A DNA stretch of 64,000 nt from a virus. Taxonomy: Duplodnaviria > Caudoviricetes. How positions within the stretch are numbered: the stretch's first letter is position 1; each line of letters opens with the position of its first letter. The DNA is taken from the IMG/VR virus record IMGVR_UViG_2522572160_000003; one strand, given 5' to 3'. Below the pieces are notes generated by a model that was not told where the DNA came from, searched no databases, and was given only the letters and a program-made list of their open reading frames with translations. This document shows, piece after piece, positions 19,647 through 29,136 of the stretch. The translations under genes and the position numbers were made by a program.

Positions 19647-20030
19647 ATGATCATCGAAAATATCGACCTGACAAAATACGTCAACAACAATCTTGTCCCT
19701 CCACCAGAGGGCGTCTACAATGTAGAATGCACCAGAGTAGAAAGATACACTGCCAAAAGCAGCCGCAAACCTATGCTTCAATTCATATGGATGGTTCTGG
19801 ATGGAAAATTCACCGGAAGATACTTCACCACCAGGATAGCTCTTGAAGGTGACGGTCCGCTCTCCGTCCTGGCCAGTCTTTTCCTTACCCTGGGAGTTCC
19901 ATTACAGAAAGAACTCGATACAGATCCTTTGATTGGGAAAAAGTGCCGAGTGGTTCTGGTCAAAAATGATTCCAACATGCTTTCTTGCGACGGATATATG
20001 CCTTATGAAGAAGACAGCGGACTATTATAA
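19647..20030 (+). CDS. DUF669-like protein (phage-type putative ssDNA-binding OB fold)
   Basis: PPEGVY...KSSRKPML..W.VLDG.F.GR...D..LIGK.CRV pattern; AAGGAG RBS. Confidence 0.7.
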   Translation: MIIENIDLTKYVNNNLVPPPEGVYNVECTRVERYTAKSSRKPMLQFIWMVLDGKFTGRYFTTRIALEGDGPLSVLASLFLTLGVPLQKELDTDPLIGKKCRVVLVKNDSNMLSCDGYMPYEEDSGLL

Positions 20031-20197
20031 GGACCAGGAAGACGATCAGGATCGCCAGGTGGAACACCCTCGATCAGGCCCCAGCGCCTTCGTTCCCGAT
20101 CTTGACTGCATCCCTGATTTCAAAACATTACCCTATTGGCTCGTTGAAATATTGGACCTCATTGCATAGAAATATTGATGATGAAAGGAGGGACAAC

Positions 20198-20395
20198 ATG
20201 AAAAACGTCATATTCCTGGATCATCGAACAAAGCAGCAAATAAACGAAATGCCCGATCAGTGGCCTGAAGAAGACCTTGCTGTCGGGCATCGAATTCACA
20301 AACACACATTTTTAAAAGGCTGGAGATGCCTGAAAATTACCAGAGTGGACTACGAAGCGGATCTAATCCGGGTTTTCGTAAAGAAGACTCTGTAG
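20198..20395 (+). CDS. Small hypothetical protein (65 aa)
   Basis: Strong AAGGAGG RBS before ATG 20198 (MKNVIFLDHRTK...). Confidence 0.65.
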   Translation: MKNVIFLDHRTKQQINEMPDQWPEEDLAVGHRIHKHTFLKGWRCLKITRVDYEADLIRVFVKKTL

Positions 20396-20451
20396 TGACC
20401 GGCCTGATTTTGGCCCATTGCCCACAACTCGCTTCCCCAATGATTTGGCGT

Positions 20452-20501
20452 ATTCGGCAGGTGGATCATTTCCTGGTACACCGGGATTAAGCCTGCCGAA
20501 T
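20452..20501. other. Long stem-loop in intergenic region
   Basis: attcggcagg...cctgccgaat is a perfect 10-bp stem enclosing a tcctggt/accggga inner stem. Confidence 0.6.
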
Positions 20502-20777
20502 CTCCATTTCCCATTTTTTTATGGGTGGTTTTCATGGGTGACAGGCATGCGTTTTTTCAATGCGCATCCGATGCGTTTTTAGGGCAAAGATCGTTTCTCT
20601 TTTTATGCCCCGCGCAGAAGGATGTGTATAAATGGTTAGCACAATGAAACCTGAGTATTCTTTCCAAGGGGTTGAATATTTACCTGTTCGGCCATTTTAT
20701 TAGCAATGACTTGTACTTTCACAATGGCGAACCCTATGGAGCAACGTAACCGTCTAAACAACCGCAACCACTTCAAA

Positions 20778-23102
20778 TTAATTGAGGGCTGAAATTTTTT
20801 GCCAAGAGCTGTTTATCAGAGTATCCTGACTATTAGCGCCCTTGTTTTCATATAATGCATGGTATATCCAGGAATCACGAAGTGAGTCCTTAATATATTT
20901 CTCAACCAGCGGATTTTTGGCCATTTCCTGAATAGAGGCAAGTAAGGCGCTCCGGTCTCTGGGCCATTTGTCACCGGCGTATCTGAAATAATCTATTGCT
21001 TTTTGTTCATGAGGGGCCGCATCCCAAACAGATTTTCCTCTTGCAAGATCCTTTTCATAATCACCCATCTCTTTATAATGCATAGCAATAAATACGCGAT
21101 CCTCAAACCTGCATCCCCAGTCACCTTTTGTTACAAATTCATGACGTTCATCAATAGACCCATCTCTTTCAATAGATTTATATTTTTTAAAACAATCCCA
21201 TGAAATAATAGAATAGGAAGATAGTTTTTCATGTTGATTTCTTAGTGATCCATCTTTTTCCAGCAAAGATTCATACAGGTTCCTACATTCCTCATAGGAT
21301 TTCTCGTAAACATTGCAATGAGAGTATATTGGTCCAGACAATCTCTGAGCCAAAAATGAGGCTTGATTTTCGAACAACCGTTTCGCCTCATACATGACAC
21401 TTCTATGATATGACTTGATAAATTGTTTATAGATATTAATAACTTCGTCAGACAATTCATGCGAAACATATTTTTTTAACAAGGGCTCCAAATCAGCGCT
21501 TTCAAAAGCCACTATTGTTGCTGGGGCGGCCCTCATAGGATTATGCTCGGCTATGAGGTTCTCCATAATCTCTACATTCTTTGCAATATCGACATATTGC
21601 TGTAGATTCCATACGGAAATGATTTCCGAATCCAGTCCTAAAGATTTTCTTCCTTTTTCTAAGCCCGAGGAAGATTCCATAACTTCTTTAAAAATCTTCC
21701 ATTGGTCGTCTAAAGAGGAAAGTTTCTTCGTTTGAGAGCTGTCAAGATATTCCAGGTATCTCTTAGATTTTAGTATTAAAAGGATAGCTTCAAAATCCTC
21801 TCCTCGGCGCAGAAGTCTTCTTGAACATCCCTCTATTTTCTGCGCTGGACTGGCAGATTTGCTGAAATACAGCCAATTATGTAAATCTTCCATGGCTGCA
21901 TTACAGTTAAAATGCAATTTGCGGACAACGGAACGTTTAACGTCACTCCAAAACCGTGCGCTGCTTGGCGGTTGCTCAGGGAACTGATCAAAAGCGTCCA
22001 GAAATTCAATGAATGGATCTTTTTCAGAAACGCAAGAAGAGGAGAGGTCCATGGATACATAAACCTGCAACAAGCTCAGGCAATTTTCATATTCAGGTTC
22101 TACCTTGAATAGAGACTGCATATCCTCCGTTCTTTCAGTCCATAGTTCTAAGTCTGAAAGCCTAAGAGATCTTTCCTGACTCGCTCCGGCAGATAGCGCT
22201 TCGTCAATTTCAGCCGCTAAGCCCCACATGCCGGCCGTTTTGTCGATTTCTCGCCACTGAGGAAGATTATGGAACTTCACAAGATTTGTTTTGCTAATAA
22301 TTTTGAGACATTCAACAGCTCTTTTATAACAAGCAGCCTTCTCCACGGATGAGTTAGCGGTTTTAGCCCTTGCATCCAAATTATAATATTCATGGATGGT
22401 AGCAAATATTCTCTTCAAGGGCTGGACGTCTACGCCAATCCTTTCCAATTCTTCCAGGTCGTTAATTGCTGGTTGTATGTATTCTTTCGTAACATTTCCG
22501 TCCGCGAAAATTTCATTTAAAAGCCTGGAATAACGACATATATTTTCTATTCTATCGACATCAAAATGGAAAACATCAGCCCAAAAAGGCTCTATTTCCG
22601 GACAAGGCATTGTCCAGGGAGCGTTCATGAACTTTTCCGCCTTGTTCTGAAGGTGGGCGTTTTCATTTTTCAGTTGATCTGCTTTTTGGGGAGATATATA
22701 CTCAAGACGTTTGAAGGCCCTGTCAGCGACCTCTTTGTTATCCATGATTCCATAATACAGACTGTAATACAGCCACAAAGAATACGCCTGGGAGTCAGAC
22801 GGGTTATACAGGTCCTTTAGTTGAACCATCAAATTCCGGGCTTTAACTGAATTTCCTTCTTTGTTATATGCGTCTACAAGATAGATGGCGCAATACGACC
22901 TCGTTTTGTTTTGATTCATAAAGGCTTCCGCTGCGTCTATATCGGCGGCTTTGATTTTCATTTCTAATATTTCGCATGGAGAAGCGAAGATGGGCTTCAA
23001 CTGGATAACAAAAAAAAGGCATATTACTCCAATCACAAAAACTATCCTTGCAGGGTCAATAACAACCAACCTACGCGGATATTTGTGAAGAATTTGTTTC
23101 AC
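20778..23102 (-). CDS. Large exported alpha-helical (TPR-like) protein, paralog of 23193-26567
   Basis: N-terminal hydrophobic signal/TM; shares C..L...I.A.D...AE...CAI.L...Y...GN..KA...WLYYSL with its neighbour. Confidence 0.8.
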   Translation of the reverse strand: MKQILHKYPRRLVVIDPARIVFVIGVICLFFVIQLKPIFASPCEILEMKIKAADIDAAEAFMNQNKTRSYCAIYLVDAYNKEGNSVKARNLMVQLKDLYNPSDSQAYSLWLYYSLYYGIMDNKEVADRAFKRLEYISPQKADQLKNENAHLQNKAEKFMNAPWTMPCPEIEPFWADVFHFDVDRIENICRYSRLLNEIFADGNVTKEYIQPAINDLEELERIGVDVQPLKRIFATIHEYYNLDARAKTANSSVEKAACYKRAVECLKIISKTNLVKFHNLPQWREIDKTAGMWGLAAEIDEALSAGASQERSLRLSDLELWTERTEDMQSLFKVEPEYENCLSLLQVYVSMDLSSSCVSEKDPFIEFLDAFDQFPEQPPSSARFWSDVKRSVVRKLHFNCNAAMEDLHNWLYFSKSASPAQKIEGCSRRLLRRGEDFEAILLILKSKRYLEYLDSSQTKKLSSLDDQWKIFKEVMESSSGLEKGRKSLGLDSEIISVWNLQQYVDIAKNVEIMENLIAEHNPMRAAPATIVAFESADLEPLLKKYVSHELSDEVINIYKQFIKSYHRSVMYEAKRLFENQASFLAQRLSGPIYSHCNVYEKSYEECRNLYESLLEKDGSLRNQHEKLSSYSIISWDCFKKYKSIERDGSIDERHEFVTKGDWGCRFEDRVFIAMHYKEMGDYEKDLARGKSVWDAAPHEQKAIDYFRYAGDKWPRDRSALLASIQEMAKNPLVEKYIKDSLRDSWIYHALYENKGANSQDTLINSSWQKISALN

Positions 23103-23192
23103 TACTTCCTCCAGATTGATTTATTTTATTGCCAAATTCTCAAGGATTAACAATAGAGCATGGCGGTGAAACAAGCAATGGACATCTAACTC

Positions 23193-26100
23193 TTATTCAT
23201 TTACGGCTTTCATTGCTTCAAAATATTTCTTCATTTCCTTAGCAAGGTTATCCATCTCATCTGAATAACTATATTTTTTATAGGGGGTATGTATTGTTAC
23301 AATAGCTTTGTCATATTTTCCCATTTTTTCATAACCCAATGCAAGTACATAAGAACGGATGAATTCAGCCTCAGACATCCTATTAGGGTTGCCTTGCCCA
23401 CTACTAACAGGCTTGGCATTACCGTTTTCGCCTTTTTCATACCTATAAAATGTATCCAGTCCCATTTGCAAATTATCCAGGTGTTCGTTAACAGAAAAAT
23501 CGTTGTCTAATAGATACCTAACTGCCTTTTTTAACTCATTTCTTGGGTCATAACTTTTGCCGCTTTGAATATTGTCGTTTCCTCCCTCTAACAGATTATG
23601 AACCAGAGAAAAATATGAATTCTCTTTTGCGACAGCAATTGCCTTTTCCTGTAAACCTTTCCTTAATTTTTCGATTTCTTGTTTATTAGTTATATATTGC
23701 GTGGGCTCACCACTATCGTCACCTGTTGAAGAAGTTAGCTTCTTATATAGCCAACTTTCTTTTGTTAAATAATCTTCTTCTAATATAGAGTCATCTGTTC
23801 TACTATTCCCTTTGTATTTTTTAAAAATATCGCCAGCTTTAGCGAAAATTTCTTCCTGATCCTTTTTCTCGGCCCATCGATCATCTCCGGCACTGTTAAG
23901 CATTTTTAAAGCAGTACCAAGGGCTTTGGGAGTTTCATTATTAAGCCATATATTTGCCATAAGCATATAGTAATTAACTATTACAGGCTTAATATTTTTG
24001 TTTTGCTTGAATTCAGTAAGAAGAAGCTTTTCAGCGTCCAAATATTTGAAATCCTGCATAAAATTACTATATTTATCACAAAGATCATTGGAATGAATGT
24101 CTCCACAATATGAACTTCGTAAACTTGCAATTTTAATTTGATCCATCAGTGATTTTGCTCTTTTGATAATTTGGCTTTGGTCATTTTCACTTAACTTACT
24201 CTCCTTTACATAGTTTATAAGATCTGTAAGTTTATTTTTTGCGTTGTCATAGTCGTGCTCGTATAGTAAGCGCTCAGCCTCCTTAAGATTTTTCTTCGCC
24301 TCGACAATTACCTGGTCGCCAGGTTGGTTGCCTGTTTGTAAACTTTTTATTTTAGCAAGGAGTTCTTTGATCTCCTTTTCGGCACTTTGCTTACCTTGTT
24401 CATGATCAGAATCCAAGTCTTTAAAGCATTGAAGAGCAAATTGTATTTCCTTTTTTGCTTCCTCATACTGTTCGTTAGATATGTACCGCTTTACACCTTC
24501 TATGAGTTTATTACATTCAGAAATAGCAGTGCTATCTAATATTTTTTTAGCAATGTCGCGTTCCTCTGATGATTTCTTGCCAAAATATAATTTATTCTCA
24601 CCAATATCCAAAAAGTTTTTGACGTCTGGATCCATATAAAACTGCAATTCATTTATATTCATACTATTTTGTGTTAAGTTTTGTAATAATTCTTTTTTCC
24701 TTAAAGCATATACATAGAGCTTAATTTCGGGACTTGCAGACGAGATTTCATTTTCGTTAGAAAAATTTTTTTTTATATTTTGGTATTTATGCCCAAAAGA
24801 TTTGTAGATATTACCGTCAATACGTTTGGTAAGGAAGTCAAGACCTTCGTCAATCTTCTCATTCTTATAAAAGTTCCATGTCATAATCATTACATGTTCG
24901 TGGAACTTGGAGAAAAACTCACTATACTCTTTATCCCAGTCAGGATAATTCTCAAAATTGGTTTGATTATCGTTATAACTGTTAATAATTTTTCCCCTTA
25001 ACGCTTCGAACTCAGGAATAAGCTCTTTACTTGCTTTGCCTTCATCATTTTGAACGAGAACCTTCATTTCCTCTAAATATGTATGAATTTCAAGGTTACC
25101 CTGTAAACCTCGTGACGAAATTATTTTTGTATTAAGTTTACCCAGTAGTGTCTTCTTTTTTTCATTATCTTGTTCCTTATTGAACAAATCCAGGTATTCT
25201 TTTTGTTGGACCAAATAGGCCACAGTGTTTCTATCTTCGTCAGATAAGTATTTATAATATTGCGCCCCCTTTTCTACATACTTAAGGTACTCGTCAAAAT
25301 CGTTGCCATCTTTGACTAAATAGCCCGTGTTTTTTAATGCACAACAGGGCTTATTATCTTCAAGCCAGCCCCTCAAACAAATGACGGTGGTTGCAGACAT
25401 CTTTTTCAAATCAGCAATAATTTCTTCATAAGACGTTTGAAAAACCTCCTTTTTATATACCTCTTGATGCGAATTAAACTTGTTCAAAAATTCTATTCTG
25501 GAATCGTTAACGCCTAGATAATGGTTCATTATGCTATGTGCACTCACATACTTTTCAACGAGCTCTAAGGAGTTCATATATTTGGAATCTGGTTTATAAT
25601 TTGAGGCCAAAGACTGAGCCTTGTTACGCCATTTTTTAACTGCAGCCGAATCCGGAAGCCCCTTAGAGAAACCTTTTGTAATTGCAACAGTAAGGTCCCA
25701 TTTTTTGATATTTAAATCAATCTCACTCCCTATGTTTGGTTTTTTTACATCATAGTGAAGGCCTGAAAAAGCCCTACTTGCGTCTTTGGCCGCGTTCCAC
25801 TCATTCAGTATTTCTGAAGGTTCTTTACCACTCCCTTGCGATTGCATCTTTTTCGCATGATTGAATTTTTCGTAAAATTTTTTTACCTTCTTAAAATCAT
25901 TCAAACGTGCGCCCACTTCAACACCGTCTGTTTTTAGTTTGGTCAAGACATCAATAGTTTTTGTTAAGTTGGTCTGGCTATAATCATTACTTCTTATGTA
26001 ATTTTTGTATAGCTGAACATTTCTATCTATATTGTTAATTCTTTCTGAATTGATTTCATCAAATAAAACTGTTGATAAATAGGGGACTTCAGGTTTGGAT

Positions 26101-26567
26101 TTTTCAAAAGGATTCTTACAATAGGCCATAATTTTTTTTGCTTCCGCCGATAATTCTTTTTTGAGATTATTTGCTTCCGGTTGAAACCCATAATTCAGAT
26201 TTTTCCAGTAGGAATCTGTGTCCGACTCATCCACCACACCAAGCAGCAACGAATAATACAACCAATATTTATATGTTTCAGAAATATCTGAACGATAATA
26301 ATTTTTATAATTTTCCAATAGTTCTTTGGCTTTTTGAGTATTGCCTTTCTCCACATATTTTTTTATGAGAAGTATTGCGCAATGATTACCATTGCGTTCC
26401 AACAATTGTTCAGCCCCTATTAAATCTCCCGCATTTATGTAATCATTCAAGTCCCAGCAATCCTGAGGGAGATCATCCTGGGCCAAACAAGCATTTACAA
26501 AGGTTATTAGTGCAAAAAACATTGAAAGAAGCAGAATGGCGGAACCGCGGTTAATCGTAGTTTTCAT
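23193..26567 (-). CDS. Large exported alpha-helical (TPR-like) protein
   Basis: Signal peptide; TPR-like segments (YEEAKKEIQFAL, YDNAKNKL, LALGYEKMGKYDKAI). Confidence 0.8.
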   Translation of the reverse strand: MKTTINRGSAILLLSMFFALITFVNACLAQDDLPQDCWDLNDYINAGDLIGAEQLLERNGNHCAILLIKKYVEKGNTQKAKELLENYKNYYRSDISETYKYWLYYSLLLGVVDESDTDSYWKNLNYGFQPEANNLKKELSAEAKKIMAYCKNPFEKSKPEVPYLSTVLFDEINSERINNIDRNVQLYKNYIRSNDYSQTNLTKTIDVLTKLKTDGVEVGARLNDFKKVKKFYEKFNHAKKMQSQGSGKEPSEILNEWNAAKDASRAFSGLHYDVKKPNIGSEIDLNIKKWDLTVAITKGFSKGLPDSAAVKKWRNKAQSLASNYKPDSKYMNSLELVEKYVSAHSIMNHYLGVNDSRIEFLNKFNSHQEVYKKEVFQTSYEEIIADLKKMSATTVICLRGWLEDNKPCCALKNTGYLVKDGNDFDEYLKYVEKGAQYYKYLSDEDRNTVAYLVQQKEYLDLFNKEQDNEKKKTLLGKLNTKIISSRGLQGNLEIHTYLEEMKVLVQNDEGKASKELIPEFEALRGKIINSYNDNQTNFENYPDWDKEYSEFFSKFHEHVMIMTWNFYKNEKIDEGLDFLTKRIDGNIYKSFGHKYQNIKKNFSNENEISSASPEIKLYVYALRKKELLQNLTQNSMNINELQFYMDPDVKNFLDIGENKLYFGKKSSEERDIAKKILDSTAISECNKLIEGVKRYISNEQYEEAKKEIQFALQCFKDLDSDHEQGKQSAEKEIKELLAKIKSLQTGNQPGDQVIVEAKKNLKEAERLLYEHDYDNAKNKLTDLINYVKESKLSENDQSQIIKRAKSLMDQIKIASLRSSYCGDIHSNDLCDKYSNFMQDFKYLDAEKLLLTEFKQNKNIKPVIVNYYMLMANIWLNNETPKALGTALKMLNSAGDDRWAEKKDQEEIFAKAGDIFKKYKGNSRTDDSILEEDYLTKESWLYKKLTSSTGDDSGEPTQYITNKQEIEKLRKGLQEKAIAVAKENSYFSLVHNLLEGGNDNIQSGKSYDPRNELKKAVRYLLDNDFSVNEHLDNLQMGLDTFYRYEKGENGNAKPVSSGQGNPNRMSEAEFIRSYVLALGYEKMGKYDKAIVTIHTPYKKYSYSDEMDNLAKEMKKYFEAMKAVNE

Positions 26568-26703
26568 TTTTTAGCCTTTGTTTGCCATATAAAGAGTTTT
26601 AAACTCAAATAGTTCAGGCGCAAGCAGCGAAGACATGCACATCGAAACAAGTCGTGGTCCCAAAAATGACCTATTTCAAGAGTGCCCACCCCCTACAATC
26701 TTA

Positions 26704-29136
26704 CTACAGAACAGCGTCAGACGACTCACAGTTTTGCATTAAAGACTCATCCATAAGCGCAGTCTTGTCAGAAAATGTTTCTTGAGATGCGCGTATTGGT
26801 TCGGGATTAAGCAACGCAGCCTTTAGTTCCGGGCTAAAACTGTTGGTTTCAACAAGTATCTCAATCCATGCAGTGTAATCAGGATTCATGGTGCAACCAT
26901 CTCCAGACATTGATCCGAACATCATTTCCAGGAACATTTCCCCCTTTAGTATATCGTCGTTGACTATTTGTGTATTTTCTGAATCTTTAAATGTTCCAGG
27001 ACTGAACTCTTTTTCAATGAGACCGATATTTCTCATGGATCTCTGAGATCTACGCAGCATGGTTTGAGAAGTCTCTGGGTTGAAATAAACCTCATCCTTT
27101 AAGCCTTTCCACAGCCTTCTAACTTCATAAATATTTTCATTTTTTGCAAACTTTTCGGATGAAAAAGTTAATAGCGCCATAAGGAAGTTGCTTGATGTAG
27201 GGGCAAGTTTAACAGCCTCGCCATGAAGGCTGGACATTGCAATAAACCGGCTGAATTTTTCATTCCAAATATTGCGGTTTGCAAGGGGATCGAGTTCCAG
27301 TAACAACCCTTGCTTATCTACAGATTGGTCAAATTTTTTGACCAAATAGGAGTTCAGGAAAAATGAAAGAATTCCATCATCTTGTGGATAGACTTCTATA
27401 AGGTATTCTCCCGGCAGCAAGTACTCGTGTGGAATATCTGAAAAAACATGCTTCTTAGCTGTATATAATTCATTTAAATTGGAAGCCTTCTTGATGATCT
27501 TTAGATAAACATCGTTCGTAACAAGGCCTTTCAATTCCGACACATCAAATGAGAATGGAACTTTGACAAAAGCCTTCTTCGGTAAACGAATTTTTTCAAC
27601 CCCCCTGCTTCTGATTTGTGCATTAGTCAATTTCAGCCCTTTTATCTCTCCTTCAAAAAAATCATCGTCAAGGGACCATCCATAAACAATTTTCGAGTCG
27701 CCTTCCGTGTAGACCTTGAGCTTGACCTTGCCCTTCTTTTTAGTGGGCCTAAACATTTTGATATCGCCTAAAGAACTATCCACTGGAGCGGCCCGAAAAT
27801 CAAACCCCTGGGCAAGATCGTGCCCAATAAAATCTTGTATAATGACCTCTTTAAACTTCATGCTGGGCGGATAGTTTTCTTTAATGTCCGCCTTGAGTAA
27901 ATCTTCCAACTTTCCCGCCGTCCATTTCATCATACTCCCTACCGAAGTTAACTCCTCCGGGGGGCAAACGTTTTTCATAGCTGGCGTAATAGAGCCCCCC
28001 TGCCTTTGGTCGGCCTTAGAGTATAAGGTAATCTTGGGCTTTGCAAATGGATTGTGTGTGTTGCCTCTGTCTATCCGGGCAAAATAGTCTGCATCATCAA
28101 GGACATTTTCGAGCGAAAGTCCGGACAAAGTATAATACACCTTCGCCTCGATGCGCCTTAAATGCCCAGCTTCAATTTCATCAGGAATGTGTTTCTTAAA
28201 GATTTTAGGCCCAACCCCTTCGTTGGCCAATAGGCGAGTTGAAAAAGCTACTTTGACTTTAAAATCCTTTTTGGTGGAAACAATGCATACTTCTTGTTTT
28301 TTATCTTTAACTTCAAGATTATTACAAAGGCAGTCTATGAGGCCTTCTGTATTTGGAATGGTACCTCCTGATATCCCGGACGCTGGAACTTTAATTGGAA
28401 TCACCTCCAACCGAACTCTATTTCCATATTTGTCTTTCAGGCGAGCCAAACCGTCTTTTACAAGTTGCCTGTTGGTGCTGCAATTTTCAGGGATATCCCA
28501 ATGATTCTTTTTACATTTAGTAACGTGATTTCGACTATATCGTATATCATCAAACAAGCTGTCTTTATTTGAATTGTAGCTTTCTGGCTTTTGGTTCCAG
28601 TCATGGAGATAGAATACAATCTTTCGATCTTCCTTTTCAGTGAGCCATGATTCCAAGCGGGTAAGATAGTTTATTAGATCGTCGTATTCCTTTTCTTCAA
28701 AATAAAAGGGCTTACGATTAACCTGATAATCAGGCTCCATGTCGCTGATAACTAAAATCTTGTCAATTTCATCAAAAATGTTCTTTTCTCTTAAATAATC
28801 TTCCGCCATTTTTAAACTGCCGTCAATCTTGGTGTAATTATCATTAAATGCAAATACTTTTTTTATTGTTTCCATTTTTTTACTTTTTGAACTTTTAATT
28901 ATGGGGAATATATTCCTCTCTACATCACAATCCCCTACAGGGGCGAACCAAGTGGGCCCACTGATGACCGACATAATTGCCAGCAAGTTCTCCTGATAAT
29001 TTTCACTCAATTCGGTCTTAATTGAACCCGAATTATCTAAAAACACTAATGTGTTAGCGCATGCAATCTTTGAGTAGAATATGGCCAGAGCAACGGCATA
29101 CAATATGAAAAGAGTTTTCCTTATTGTTACATACAT
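26704..29136 (-). CDS. Exported vWA (MIDAS) domain protein
   Basis: Signal peptide, then VFLDNSGS (DxSxS), YTKIDGSL (T) and ILVISD (D). Confidence 0.8.
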   Translation of the reverse strand: MYVTIRKTLFILYAVALAIFYSKIACANTLVFLDNSGSIKTELSENYQENLLAIMSVISGPTWFAPVGDCDVERNIFPIIKSSKSKKMETIKKVFAFNDNYTKIDGSLKMAEDYLREKNIFDEIDKILVISDMEPDYQVNRKPFYFEEKEYDDLINYLTRLESWLTEKEDRKIVFYLHDWNQKPESYNSNKDSLFDDIRYSRNHVTKCKKNHWDIPENCSTNRQLVKDGLARLKDKYGNRVRLEVIPIKVPASGISGGTIPNTEGLIDCLCNNLEVKDKKQEVCIVSTKKDFKVKVAFSTRLLANEGVGPKIFKKHIPDEIEAGHLRRIEAKVYYTLSGLSLENVLDDADYFARIDRGNTHNPFAKPKITLYSKADQRQGGSITPAMKNVCPPEELTSVGSMMKWTAGKLEDLLKADIKENYPPSMKFKEVIIQDFIGHDLAQGFDFRAAPVDSSLGDIKMFRPTKKKGKVKLKVYTEGDSKIVYGWSLDDDFFEGEIKGLKLTNAQIRSRGVEKIRLPKKAFVKVPFSFDVSELKGLVTNDVYLKIIKKASNLNELYTAKKHVFSDIPHEYLLPGEYLIEVYPQDDGILSFFLNSYLVKKFDQSVDKQGLLLELDPLANRNIWNEKFSRFIAMSSLHGEAVKLAPTSSNFLMALLTFSSEKFAKNENIYEVRRLWKGLKDEVYFNPETSQTMLRRSQRSMRNIGLIEKEFSPGTFKDSENTQIVNDDILKGEMFLEMMFGSMSGDGCTMNPDYTAWIEILVETNSFSPELKAALLNPEPIRASQETFSDKTALMDESLMQNCESSDAVL

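Noticed and set aside
7370-19846. ORFs 7370-7612, 19339-19593 and 19343-19846 as duplicated genes
   Set aside because: Their similarity comes from the non-coding direct repeat; the frames diverge right after it and the composition is not protein-like.
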